A stretch of DNA of 64,000 nucleotides from Dicyema japonicum (taxonomy: Eukaryota; Animalia; Dicyemida), in contig RDEW01000025.1 of assembly GCA_011109175.1 (NCBI GenBank), positions 828,543 through 892,542 on the forward strand, in the 5' to 3' direction. The notes beneath the pieces are model-generated. The model had not been told where the DNA came from, did no database searches, and was given only the letters and a program-made list of their open reading frames with translations. Each line of letters begins with the position of its first letter. Position 1 is the first letter of the stretch. A program made the position numbers and the translations under genes. Below, piece after piece: positions 37,401 to 50,961 of the stretch.

Positions 37401-37814
37401 ACTTTTCATTTTCTTAGTCTTGTATGAAGTCTACTTCCTGAGATCAGTTGGGAGGTGAACAGATCTTCAAGGAGACGGTATTTCCTCCTTTTCTAATCTT
37501 CAACAGTACTCACTGCGGAATTCGCGCACAACGGAGATTTGAGTAGACTGTAATTTGAGAAAGTATCCGTGCTCATTGAGTCTCAACACCTATCTCCATG
37601 CATGGTCGTTACTTATCCGGTCTCTTGTCATCACCTCTGTCAAGTCCGATGGATTCCAAAAAGTAACCCGGCGTCTTCGATAGCTATCATGATAGTCGAT
37701 TTTCTAATTATCCATTTCTCACTGTCACAGAAACAGTCCTTCCAACATCACACAAGTCCATCCAGAACCAGTATTAAAGGTAGAAGGCCTCCATTCTTTG
37801 CAATGTGAGAACCT

Positions 37815-38115
37815 TTCCAGTGGAATGGGGAAAGCGAATGATCCTTTAACGTGCCACTCTGGTACTGGGCGCCACCTGAGATAGCTGGATCATATGACAC
37901 CAGTCTATTACAAAGGAAAGTGGAGGAACAGAAATTTTCAATCAAGTAGCCACGTTCACATAGGTCGAATCTTTCATGGGCTAATTGATCGGAGATTATT
38001 TCCTCTGTTCTTTTCGTCCTCCATTAAATTAGCGTTGTGTTATATGATCCACCTGTCTCAAGAGATAACTAGTACCAGAAAGCCATCAAAAAGGATCATT
38101 TGACCTTCCTCATCC
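37815..38115. repeat. Two subfamily-A SINE copies head to head (37815-37970 -, 37975-38115 +)
   Basis: Both contain tgatcca.ct.tctca.g...gtaccag...aaaggatcatt in opposite orientation. Confidence 0.7.
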
Positions 38116-38362
38116 TAGTTGTTTCAACTTTGTTGATAAAACGGAAATTTGAATTGTTTCTTAATATTTGTATATTTCAAGATTATTGTCAATTTCGGTA
38201 CTACACATGATAAATCTGACTGATCTGCTTTTTTGTTTTTACTTTTCCGTTAGCCGCCGATATCCTTCACTTGACTTTGTGTTATTATTATTATTTAAGC
38301 ACTTCACAAGAGCCATACTAATTATAGCCCCGCATGTGCAGCAAAAGAAACAAGGTTAGATG

Positions 38363-39290
38363 TCATCCTTTTCCATGCTCCCCTGTTCCTAGCAAGGCTC
38401 TCATGCTGTCCAGGTCGTCGACATTTGTTAGGTTTTTTTTTATACTGACCAGGTCTTTTTGTAAGACTATTGGCAGTGTTGTTCTTGGTCTTCCCCGATA
38501 GCGGCCTTCTTGACTAACATAGTATGTTTCCATAGATATGTTCGGTGGGAAGTTAATTCCATCCTCAGCACGTGTCCGAAGAGCCTCCATCGGGATTCCA
38601 GTACTTCTAAGCTGATAGGTCTAGTGCTGCATCTCTTATATAAAGCATTCCTAGATATTCTCGTAGGCCAAGTAGTTCCTGTTATTTTTCTCAGCTGACC
38701 TCTGTGGAACGAGTCTAGTTTTTTCATATCCGCTGATGAGGTCGCCCAAGTTCCAGCGTTATATAAAAGTACGGGTTTTATGAATGAGTCGTATAGTAGG
38801 ATTCTCATTTTCGTGTCGATGCCTTTTTGATTGAGCCATAAATTCTTCAGTTTATATAACGCAGCATTGGCTAGAGTTTTCCTACGTAAAATATCTTCGC
38901 TATCTCCCATAAGTGAACCGAGTTTCTTTACTTGTCGCCACTTCTCTTCTAGGACGTTACTCATCCTTCTTATCTCTGTGAGTTCTGTTTTCTCTCTGTT
39001 CACAGTAAGAAACCATTTCCCTAGTACATCTGGTGCTTTTTCTAAATAGGTTTTCCAGGACCTCTTTGTCTTCAGAAATTAGGTCTACATCGTCCGCGTA
39101 GATTACTTCTTCCGTCTTTCCTTGGTATGACGGTCTAAGTTCCCTCATAGCGGCTTCCAAATAAATTGTGAATAGTAGAGGAGAAAGAGAGTCTCCTTGT
39201 GGAGTGCCCGTATTTGTTTCAAATTTTCTTGAATAGGTTTTTCCGACTCTCACAAGGAGCTCAGTGTTAGAAAAGTAGAATTCGGATCAT
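38363..39290 (-). mobile_element. RTE-clade LINE, 5'-truncated
   Basis: GTPQGDSLSPLLF, YADD, KKLGS, KPVLLYNAGTW, RWRLFGHVLR, RGRPRTT; frameshifted. Confidence 0.92.
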
Positions 39291-41857
39291 CCTGTTCATT
39301 TGACTTTGTGTTAACAAATTAAATAATATCTTTTGTAATAATAAAAATAAATTCACATTCTAATCAAAAAAATAAAAAAATAAAATAAAAAAAATAAATC
39401 GAAATTTAAAAATCAAAGTTTAAAAATATCTTGGCCTTGTGACTTCATCACCTCTTCTCAATACTTGAACTATAGAACCACTCACCGCATGACTTCAGAA
39501 CTCAAAGATCTTTTCAATGATAACCCCAACAAGCTGAGTTCCGTCTACCAGTATTTTCGACCAGAAAGCAAAATAAATTCTAATGTTCAATCTACAGTAA
39601 GGTTTCTAATGTGACGTTTGATTTAATTAGATTGAATCAACCCTACGATTTAAGGATTTTGAAAAGATCCCACGTGCCAACGTTATGGGAAAATGAAAAA
39701 ATTCCAAAAGACCATAGTATAAAACCATAGTAAAAACCGAACTAACTACTCACGTGATCCCTGCCCTCTACCAGACCTCAACTTGGCCTTATGCTCCTCC
39801 CTCGAGCCCACACAAGCCCATATCGGCCGTATAACTTCTTTCTTGTAGCCGCACGGGCACCCATCTTAGGTTCTTAGACGAACTAACCAAGTGAAGGATC
39901 AGACAAACTAACCTAATTCCAAGAGAGGTAACTGATAGTTGAGAACAACTCCAAGTTCACTGAGACTCAGAATTTCCAAAACCGATGTCTTTAATGACGT
40001 TGTCGGTGAATACTTCACTGCGGAACCGGATCTTCTACCAGGACTCACACAGCTAAAAGAGAAGTGAACAAAATACCTTGGTCTCCTTTCTACGATTAGT
40101 GCATCCTGCATGTGCGGAGCTATAAGTAATTGGCTCTCATGGAAACTGCTGTTCGTATGTCTTCCAGAAAACGATGGGATGTTTAAAGAGATGAGACCCA
40201 ATGAGAATTTTCATGAAATAAGGAGACCTCTCCCTATAACGACAGCAGTGGGAATTAAGGCACTTTTCTAGTCCGATTTGTTAATCCGATCGGAATGCCT
40301 ATAAGATAAGTGAAGGTAGATTAGCAATATTCATTTTTAAAGCATATTTTCTTATGCACGTGCCTCATGGGTCCATTTATGTCTTGGACAAATGCGGAGA
40401 AGATCAGAAGTTCAATGACTCATCAAACACTCTGGAATCCCTGATTCGTCTAGACAATGGAGGGTGCAGTTATGATCTTGGGGGTTCTCCGTCCATCATG
40501 GGCTTGTGTGAATGCACTTTTAGGACTTCCTCTATGAGCGCCTGAGTTGGGGGTCAACAACTAATCAAATGTACCCAAGTCTCAAGGTCGCAGAAGTCGA
40601 GAGATCATTTACACACAAGTTCAGACTGAACCAATGGAAAATGAATAAAAATCGAGTCCTTCAGTTGTGAGAACCCTCCCAAGTAACGATTCGGTGGACT
40701 GGGGGTGGACAAATGAACATTTTTGGACGTCCCTTAGTCAGAAAGATCCTACAAGGCTCATTCTATAGATGTAGTGGTACCTCTACAGTTAGACTGTGGA
40801 CTTCCTCCATTACCGGGATTCCAACGGAAAGAGAAGGAATATAAAAAGCAACTGAAATCTTCGAATTAGGGAAAAGTTAGCTTAAATGCCTCTGAGCTCC
40901 AGAAAGGTCCCACTGAGTTCCTTCTATAGATGTAGCCACTATGTCCACAAAAGTAGAGTTACTCTCGGATAGGCTAAGATTAACTCCCCCAGTTTAGCTA
41001 AAATGGGAAAGTGAGTTGAAATCCCGGATGACCTGCACTCTATGACCAACGATCGAGGATCATGGAAACCTGGCATTAAAGTACCTCAGTTCTCGAGGAG
41101 GAGATTGAGACCGACTAGAGAGAAGCGATGAGGATCATTCATCAGTTAACAGAAGATTAGGCTGACTCAACGAATAGGAGTTGACTAAAAAACGTCCTAT
41201 ATTAGACTCTGAAGGAAAGGGAGATACATAACTTTGAAGGGTACACGTTCTGACCACAAGTCCCAGGTATGGAGAGAACATTACCTGACTTAATGTCTAA
41301 AATGAAGAGAGATATCCTGTCCTTCATTGCAAAGTGGAACTGGTCGGGTGGTCGAACGGGTGACGTAACTCTGGTACACAAGGACATAGCTTGATTACAC
41401 TTAATATCTCATCTCCCCAAGGTTGACATAGTCCCTTATCATCCTCCTTGATATACTGGAGAGACATTTGGTAGGAAGCAACGGCTGCACTAATTTCAAG
41501 GATAAAATCCCGTGGGTCCAATTTGGAGAACTTTGGTATTCTAAAGTTATGTTAAAACACGTCCACCCTATCCATTAACCTCTTCCAAATGTTGCTACGC
41601 TCCTCAATACATCGTCGCTGATTTTAGCTGCCATTAACCGACTTCAGATTATTGCAAGTCGAATGGTATGGTTGCACGTGGACGAACACAATAGTGGCTT
41701 CTATCAGACATGAAGTAGTCTTCCACAGCGCTGTTGGCAGGAGTTCTTCCGTTACTATGTGCCATGAAGCTTAAGACTGCCTTGGGAGCAGGGCAGTTAT
41801 ATAATTTCTCGGAAAGTAAATTTATTAAAAATCAAGTTTTATTAATAAAAGGTAAAA

Positions 41858-43272
41858 TTAGTGATTTTTGCATAGACTATCAAAATCACAATTATGTGTG
41901 GATTTCTTAATAATTTTGTGATATTCCACCAATTCATCCCACTTGCAAACAACATGCTCACAAAATGGCATTTTCATAGCGAATTCATGCAACAACACGA
42001 CAACACCAAACTCGACATAACTTCCATTCGTATTTAAATTATTTTTTTCTACAATAAAAAATTTAATAAAAAATAAATTAAATAATAAATTTATTAAAAA
42101 ATAAATGATATTACTTTTCATAAGAAGGAATGCGATATTTCCACTGTAAGGGATAGCGGTTCGAGATAGGAACCGATTCTGAATAATTTCCTTAATATTG
42201 GAGTTTCTATAGTAACCATTGTCATCGTCAAAAAGGCCGAGAGTGACTGCAGAGGAAAGAGGCCTTCCGCGTGGCCGAATATAAACAGAGCCTTCTCGCG
42301 ATTTTTCCCTTCAACGTGGGACTTTAGGAAGTCGTACATTTTCTCAAACAGATTGCATGCAGTGAGGTAGTTGACCTCAAAGCCTTTCCCGCTTTTCCAG
42401 AACCTCTGCAAATGTTAACCAGATCTCTTACGCTCAGATCGTGGACTGCCTCCATTACCGCGATTTCATCGAAAAACGGAAAAAGATCACAAAATTGGGA
42501 GTTTCTGAAGTAAGTCATCTCAGAGAAGCAGTGGTCGTAGAGAAGGACCGCCTCCCCTTAGAATAACGCAAAAACTGCCAACTTAGGTTCACTGATCTGT
42601 TCAAGGATCGGTTGAGCCTTCCAAGTATGGGATCGACCAATGAATCTCTTCCAAGAAGGTCAAAGATTTGTTTTATGACGGAAGATTTCTGCTGTTTCTT
42701 GTGTTTTTTGCATTTGTCGTAAAAACGAACAAGGTCTTCATCCACGTGGACTTGAGTTTTTGCCGTTGTGTTCAATCCCCCGGAAAACGCCTCATAACTT
42801 TCTACAGCACGTTGTTTTGGGGATGTAATGACCTTGATTGGGTCCCCGTTGTCCGATTTGGTCAAAAAATCCTCAAAGGTAGAAGCGAACCATTTGCCTC
42901 TGCGGAATTCCGTAATTTTACCGATTTCCGTTAAATTAGCATTAAAAGACGTGTTCCAACGACTTCCGCAGTAATTTTCCGCGTCTCTGAGCACAACTTT
43001 ATGATACAAGCAGAAACCGTTGATGGAATTTATTTTCGAGCGCGTGGGACTCCGAGAACCGTGGCGAGAAAAAGAAGTCAAGGTGATGACGTCATAACGT
43101 GGGAATAAATCATTTGTAAATCGACGCATTTTGTGGCTGATTTTGTATGGACTTAAGGGGGAGTCCAGAAATGCTTGGGCCTCTTCATATTCTGTTCTAG
43201 ACCCGAATAAGTTATTTGCCTCAGATTTTTGGAAAAAAAAACAACATGGAACAAATAAAATAGAAAATTCAT
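41858..43272 (-). CDS. MINPP1: Multiple inositol polyphosphate phosphatase (histidine acid phosphatase)
   Basis: Signal peptide, RHGSRSP catalytic motif, LTEIG, RAVES, LVRFYDKC, FGHAE proton-donor motif; several introns and 1-nt indels. Confidence 0.85.
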
Positions 43273-43689
43273 TGGCCTGTAAAATTGCACGAGAAATAAA
43301 CTGTGAAAATAAATTTTATTAAATTTAATTCAAAATAATTTAATTTTAAAATTATTTTTGTTATTTCTAAAAAACTAAAATCAGGTAGAAAATAATTATT
43401 TTATTACATGTGATTTGTCTGTCCAATTTTGCAGTTTCATAAGTGCTTAACAGAATTCAAATTTCCAGGTTTCAATTTCCCTACTCCCCGTTTCGGCAAA
43501 AGTCGATAAAGCTTTAAGTTTTAATCGCTATGATAATGACTGTTAATCAATGATCCTCTTGCTTTTTCAATCCTACGTGAATCCGACACTTCTTCGGAAC
43601 TTGGCGTTTCCGATGGCCGTCACCATATTTATTTACCTCCGGTTGCTTTGAGTGATAGAAACTGGTGACTAACAAGAAGGTTGAGCCCA

Positions 43690-43900
43690 GAAGTGGACGC
43701 TCCTAGTGATCAAAAGGTATAATTGGTTCTGTGCAGAACTTGGAGACAGGTGGACCCGGAGCATGATGGACATAGTGGAGAAGATGATTGTCCAATCCTG
43801 TACAGATATGAATGTAAAACCATGTGATGATCACAACGTAAGCGTGCCATATGAACACGGATTTTCCGGGGTAGGGAAGATCGCTTCTGTCAATAACTGG
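43690..43900 (-). mobile_element. Vingi/Ingi-like LINE 3' fragment (copy of 4560-4900)
   Basis: Reverse-complement similarity to 4620-4850. Confidence 0.55.
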
Positions 43901-45360
43901 TGGAATACCTCCATAAATTTGTAGATACCAAGGCTTCTGATAGTTTTTTGTCCGTCACCTCTAATTACCATGTGGCTTCAAAACATCTTCCATACTTCCC
44001 TCCTTATGTTCAATGTCAGGGGACTGTCCTAAGTTGGACTAGGAAACCCCCGGACATGGAAGACTTTTTTATGTTTTACGCTCTTCGATTTGCAGCCAAC
44101 CAAGGATCACTCTCCAATTGTCCTGGACGAAGAACTTGAAAAGATTGGAGGAATCTCAGAGAGGAGGATGACTTGGATAAACTACCAGAACTTCCAGAAA
44201 GACAGGACATTTTCTTCCCTTTCAGTTGATTCTGGAGACCTGGCATGGTAGTGGAAAACCACGTGCAACTTGAGAAACTAGCAACAAAGTCATCTTCTTC
44301 CACTGTCATATACAAGCTCACGTAGTCAATCCAGATTTTCTTCCTCTCTTAAGCGTCTCCCAGTCCCTTCGTGGACCATAAGGAGAGTTGTCCTCGATCA
44401 TCCACGGAATCGGTGAGCGTCAGAGGCTAATTTAAGTTTAAAAAAATATACACTCAACCAAATGTAAAAATACTAAATGGGGAATGAATAATGTTCCACG
44501 TGGGTAGTACCTCAAATGTGAGTATGGAAAATTTCAGTTTCGTCATAGACTTGAGGCACAACATGGACCACCGGAAGATGTAAGATTTCTGTTACCCATC
44601 GTTCTTACCGCTTCAAAAATAAAATAGTCCTTCCAAGCACACAGGTCTATCCAAATCCACAGTTGCAGTAACCCCCTCAGAATGATTCAATGAAGTAGGA
44701 GAGCAAATGATACTTTAGATGTCATCCAACCACTGTGTGCCTCTGAAACAGATGAGTCCCATAACGCCTGGCTAATTGAACATAGGAAAAAAAGGTTGAA
44801 ACAGGATAGCCTTTGACCAAGTAGCCAGGGGAGGGATTCGAATCCAAGACAACAACATGACATCAATATAATTAATCCATGACGTATTAAATGACCCAAA
44901 ACCAATGAAACAGGTCACTTATCTCCTATTCTTCTCAAGAATATTCTCATAATCAATTCTAGAGTAGGTATCCTTCCATTCATTTAATTTCTGAGAGAGG
45001 ACGTGGATATTTCTCTACAATTTTAGGTATGCAGTCTTCACGGTGATGTTCCCTACCTTATTTGGTATACAAGAGAGTTTTAAATTTGTGCTCCCAAAGG
45101 TAAGTAGCCCACAGTTCTAGATCTTCAATAAATGTCATCAGAGCAACTCGTACAGCCACCATTAGATCTCTGATCAATATTAAATCTTTTAACCACGATG
45201 AGGTCTCGTGACAAATACTAGAATTTTGAACAGACATAAGGTCTCTTAATCGATATTGGAGAATTCTGATCCCTTGATCAGTTACAAAAAATATTAGAAA
45301 TAATTTAATAAGCCTCAAGTCTAAGACCTCCCAATATTAGTAAATTAATAAATTTCACCA

Positions 45361-47263
45361 TCATTTTATCGTAGTCTTACGCCTGTTGAAAATTCCCTTA
45401 CTCAAGGTTTTGGTAGGAAAAATCTCACTATTTTGCTTTTTAGGTTGATTTTGTCCCTTTTCTACTTCACCAGCATTATTTTGATCTTAAACTAAAATAA
45501 ATGAAAATTCGACATTTTTAAAATATTCAGTTAATTTGATCGTTTTAATGTCGGTGCTGAAATCTTTAAGGGATAAAAAGCTTTTTTTTATTGTAATATT
45601 TTCACTTTTTATAAAATTTGTCAGATCCTTTTCTATGCAATAGAGATATTTTAATTTATATAAAATAAATAATATTTAAAATAAAAATATTCAAAAATAA
45701 AAATAAAAAACCTAAGATCTGTGCTGTTGTGGTGAAGAAAATTCTAAGTAACTCTTTTTCGTTAAAACACCGGCAATTCAGGCAATTGAAAAAAGCCATA
45801 AGGCTATTTTTCAAATACTCTTTCTAAAGGAAGTCATATAGAAAGATACGATCTTTGCTGAGAGCCGGGAGCCGGTCGAGTCGATATTCTTCAAACTTTT
45901 GGAGCTATCCAAGTCAATGATCAGGAGATCAGGTTGGTCGGTCAGGGACAGTTTCTGAAAGTTATGATATGGGCAACATTCAGCTCAGAAAGTGGAATTC
46001 CGACAATGTAAGGATTATGGAATCTAAATACCAATAATATTAGTACTTTAGCGTATCGTATGAATCCGAGTATATTAGGGGTATCAGTCGACATTGCCTA
46101 CAAATTGGAAGACTTTTAACCATTCAAAAGGGCTCATAAGCTCTAAGATTCCGTAAACGCATCGAGTCAGCTTAAAAATTGAGTCAGATGCTAATATGAT
46201 CTTTTTCTCGAATAGCAAGCTAAAGTAACACGATTACTACGCTTCATAAATGGCACAAAAGTTTTCGACAGTGAGGACCTCACTCATAATTTTGATAAAT
46301 CCCTAAATTGTGTAAAAATGACAATTAATAAAAATATAATAGAAAACAACAAGAAATCATATATTTAAAAAAAATATTTTATTTTTTTATTTAAAAAAAT
46401 GATAATTTAAAATTTACGAATATTATAAATAAAATATTTAAAATTTAGTTTACTGAACTTAACGTAATTTTAACACGAAAAATATTTTTTAATAAAATAA
46501 CTAAAAAATAAAGTTCAGTTTGAAAGCTTTTTAAATCGATTTAAATTAAATTATTTTTTAAATTTAAAATATAATTAAATATTTAAAATATAAAAATAAC
46601 TAAATAATTAACCAAACCTGATCATCGTAAAACATCTTTGATTGGACAGATGAAAAATATTTTGAATTTTGGAAGGAAATCTAAAATATTTAGAAATAAC
46701 ACAACTTGAATTCCATTAGGCGAGATGTAATCTTCAGGGAGGATATTATCCTCTTTCAGGGAGTTTAAGGAGGTCTCAGCCATGTCTTCCAGGTCTTGCA
46801 ATTGATTATCGATTATTAAGTAGTTTAGAACAGAAATAAAGTTGAAAAGCTGTTTGTGGCGAGGTAAAACGCTTTTTTTACAAAATTCTATCAAACCTGA
46901 GAACACATGTGACTATTTTTGTGTTTGGGCATGCATGGCAGTGCCAAAACGTGAATGACCCAGTTTTGCTGGTTAACGTTACTGTGAAGCACGATTGATT
47001 TGAATAAATTCTAAATAATCTCTAAATCTACCTTTTTCGAAAAATCTCGCAAAAAGTGACCAATTGGTCGAGATTCCGCTAAGAATTAATTTTAATGGTA
47101 ACTGCATTGCTGTAGTTTTTTGGGTATTTTTTGAGAATTCTCACTTCTGTATAATTAGAAAAGGCAGTACCATTAGAGACTGAGATGAATGCAACCAGTT
47201 CAATGAGATTGCTTGAATTTTTGCTATTATTTAGACGATAAAATACAGTAACCGTAATTCCAT
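45361..47263 (-). CDS. DENN-domain Rab GEF (DENND1/connecdenn-like)
   Basis: uDENN ILKKYPKNY...FC...CFTVTLTSKTG...FWHC...VLP; core LLFEKKIILAS...LTRCVYG...PFEWQ...PYIVGIP...LLIIDLDS; many mini-introns plus one long AT-rich intron; 3' end approximate. Confidence 0.75.
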
Positions 47264-47399
47264 CAGAAATTATAAAATAGGTTAATTAAATTTTATTATT
47301 TTATTTAAAAAATAATTTAATTTAAATAATTTAACTTTTAAATAAATCAATTTTAAAACAGATATTTTTTCGGATAAAAAATCTAATCAGTGATTTTTA

Positions 47400-47682
47400 G
47401 GAAGATTATGTCCAATACGGACATTTCGCTAAAAGGAAGAATCGTAAAACGTTCTTTGGGTATGTTGTCCGCTCTAACTCCCTGGAAAGATCCATTATGC
47501 TGAGCAATATTACTGGGAAGAGAAGACCTGGTTGACCGAGGACTCAGTGGCTATCCACGGTGGAAGACGTCACGGGAATACCTTTATCAAGGCTACTCAA
47601 AATTGCGACGGATTGGGGAGAGTGGAGGAAACTTGTTCATGAGATCTCCAAGGGTCGGACACGACTTAATTGGATAGCATAA
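47400..47682 (+). mobile_element. BovB-like RTE 3' end
   Basis: SLERSIMLSNITGKRRPG*PRTQWL...WRKLVHEISKGRTRLN resembles the RTE-BovB C-terminus. Confidence 0.7.
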
Positions 47683-47684
47683 CA

Positions 47685-48060
47685 CATTTCCAATGCTCTC
47701 AAACAACTCTCGTAAGCTATACTGTTCAACTTATGCAAGGGAATATCGGATTCGACAAAAGCCTTAGTGAGTTTATCGACCCATGTGTCGGCAGATGGGA
47801 CGAGCAAATTAGTTAGTTTTATAGTATTGACTGTAAAATAGTAATAAAAATAATAAACCAGCTAATTTGACATGCTTCTTAGACGGTCGATGTGATTCAA
47901 TAAAAAATTGTTTTTTTGTAGTTACAAATGTCCCACATAAATTACAAAAGAGATTTCCTTGTGAATTGATAGAAAATTCATTGGGATATTTTCTAACAAC
48001 AGACTTATTTTTTTCAATTTCATTCTTGGTTGAACGCCGCATCACAGTGAATGATATTGA
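47685..48060 (-). mobile_element. CGGBP1-like (hAT-related) transposase N-terminus
   Basis: YPNEF...LFCNLCG...IESHRPSKKH zinc finger, a 28-nt intron (47831-47858), then LTKAFVESDIPLHKLN. Confidence 0.75.
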
Positions 48061-48266
48061 CAGTATTCTATTTAAAACTCGAAAAAATAAAAATCATAAA
48101 ATTTTTGACTTTATTGACCAAAAAATAATATTTTATTGTTAAATAAAACAGATTATTATCTTTTATTGACCTAAAAAATTAAAATTTGACCTTTTTTTAC
48201 ATTACCCAAAATTTTGACTTTTTTTACTTAAATAATTTTATTAATGGAAATAATTAAAATAATTAA

Positions 48267-49010
48267 TTAACACGGCCATCCATCCAAAGTGAACCTCGCC
48301 GACATTATTGACGTTGCGTTACCTCTCACGATTGAAACAGAGATCAACTGGAGAAGCCACCGGGTCTCACTTGCGTCGTGGCTTTTTAGTGTAGCTAAGC
48401 GTCCCAGTTTCTTTAGGAAGCGAAGCGATTTTCCACTTATTCCTCCAGTTATCTCGACCACAATCGGATAAAACGCGAATCGGTTCATGTATCTTCTCCT
48501 TTGCCCTCATCGTTTATTCGCGGCATACAGTGTATCTGCCGCGCTCCCGACAATGTTGGATGGGCAAAGTAGGTCGACAAAAATAGCACCCCAGATCAAA
48601 GGTTTCCCCTCTTCAAATGGGAAAATTGTGATTCCGTCAGGACGTTATCCGTCTCTCTGTCCAGGCCAGCAGGTTCTAGTATAGCAGGGTATTCCGCAAA
48701 CTCCGGAGCTCGCTTGACAATTCTGTTGATCGCCTTGTGTCTTGGGAATCGTCCTGTATTTCTTCGACAAGAGAGGGCATGGTGTCCATAACAATCGACG
48801 GTTGCGCCACACCGGCATTTGTAAGTCCGGCAAATCTCCAGTCCAAGTCTGGTGGAAATGCCGATGCGGACAGTATCGTCTTCAAAGTGGGCCCCGACAC
48901 TACCGACGGGGAATCCAAATGCTACTCGATTCGCATCTTCTAGTGACTAGACATGCACGTCTGTGTTGGTTTGATTGGTTCAGAAGCCTCTCATATTTAT
49001 CCTCGCAGAT
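48267..49010 (-). mobile_element. CRE-like retrotransposon 3' end
   Basis: HALSCRRNTGRFPRHKAINRIV...RPDGITIFPFEEGKPLIW...LLQLISVSIVRGNATSI. Confidence 0.85.
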
Positions 49011-49347
49011 TTGATTTTATAATTTTTGATTAAAAACTACATTTTTATAAGTTTTAAACAATTTTAAAAAACTTTATTACAAAAATCGCTTTACTAGTCA
49101 CTAAAAATGACCTAGCTATAAGTTTTAAAACGTCCAGGTCCTTTTGTCTTCGACTCTTTAATTCCTGAGTCATCTAGAGAATCGGATTTTTACACGCAAA
49201 GGAGATCTCCTTGAGCGCTAGTGGCTATTTGCACGGTCGATTGTTTCTTTAATGCAATAAAGGCAAAACATTTTAAGTAAATAATGAACTAAAAATAAAA
49301 ATAATAAGATTCTAAATTAATAAATTTAAATTTTTCTATGTTTTGTG

Positions 49348-50173
49348 ATGGGTCACGTGAAGCTACCGCAGAAGAAGTATTACCGTCAAAGAGCTCACTG
49401 TAATCCAATGTCAGACGATAATTTCGACGTGTTTTGTGTGTTTTTACCGCCGTAGCCCTGTACGGCCGTCACAGTGGAATTTCAAATGTCTTTTTAGTCA
49501 AGACGACGCCAATCTTGCTGATGAAGAGATCAGAATAGTTGATGTTGGCTGTGGATTCGGCGGACTTTTATGTATAAACTATTCTAACTCAACCTCAGTT
49601 CGACTCTCTCGCTTTTCCCCCAAAAGCTAATAATTGGACTGGAGATTCGAAGGAAAGTCTCGGAATACGTGAAACAGAAGATTCTAAGCCTAAGAGAAGA
49701 CGGCTTTGGTAACTTGGCTTGTCTGCGAACGAACGCTATGAAATACCTAACAAATTATTTTAAGAAGGGGCAGGTTGGGAGGGTCTTATTTGCAGCTGGA
49801 GAAGATCTTTATACTCTTTCCTGATCCCCACTTCAAGAAGTCTAAGCACAAGTGGAGATTCGTCAACTCCAGCACAGTCGACGAGCTGGCCTTCGTCTTG
49901 GCGATTGGCGTAGTCCTAGTTGGATTTTGTTAGGGAATCGTCTATACTATTACAGACGTGGAGGAACTGCACGTGTGGATGGATTCCATCTTCTCGGCCC
50001 ATAAATTGTTTAGGAAGCTCTCTGAAGAGGAACTGGTTTGTTTGTTTGCCTATTTAAGGTCTCTGATAAGGCTTATCCCTTATTTTCGATTCAAGTGAAG
50101 AAGCCAAAAAGGTCACTTGAATAAAGGAAGAAAGTTCCCGGCTGTTTTTATGCGAGTTGATTTTTGTTGTTGA
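49348..50173 (+). CDS. METTL1: tRNA (guanine-N7)-methyltransferase
   Basis: [56 protein letters not shown]; 5 mini-introns; several 1-nt deletions. Confidence 0.92.
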
Positions 50174-50961
50174 TTTTTTATTTTTTTATTTAATCGCTTG
50201 TCGTAGGAGGAAGGGGATAGAGAGGACTTGGCTTATGAGCGTATTTTTTTTACAAATGCGGGGGGAACTGTGTTTTTAATTCTGAGATATTAAGCTATTT
50301 TAGGTTATAGTAACTTCCACTACGATCAACCAGATAAGTAGATATCTATTATTTTAAATTCAAGTTTGTACTAACCGACTAGCCACGTGGTAGTTTGGGA
50401 TCATTCTGCTTACTTCTAAGAATGGGTATAAGCATGCCAGTAAAGAAATATCTTTTCTAGTACGATCATAGAATTGGGCGCTACCTGAGACCGGAGGACC
50501 ACAAGAGGAAACTCTTCAACTAGGCAACCAGTGGAGGAGATCAGCTCCAGCACCATTGTGAAACAATTGGGTTGAATTTCGATTACAATATGAATTTTAG
50601 AAAGCATGTAAAATGTTATCCTTTTAGCTAGTTTAGATTGAACTCAGGAAAGACACTTCCTTGAGTGCAAAAATCATTGAGTTGACGCAAAGATCCCAAT
50701 ACAGCCAGCTACTGGTGCGACGGATGGTTCACGTCCAGTGACAACACCAATCCTTTATTGGCACCTAGTTGCCACAATGGCGAACTACTATAGAGGATTT
50801 TAATATGTCCACAGGAAACACTAAAAACAGACGACTATTGGTGACATAAATTTTTATGAACTACATCTCAAAACTGAGTCGATGATAAATAAATAATTAC
50901 TTTTAAATTATTAAAAATAATATTAAAATATAAAATAAAATATTATTCATATTTACCTGTA

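Noticed and set aside
40700-41520. Gypsy integrase region
   Set aside because: Too degenerate to identify motifs with confidence.
44520-45330. L1/Tx1-like LINE remnant
   Set aside because: Only faint motif resemblance across frameshifts; not supportable without an alignment.
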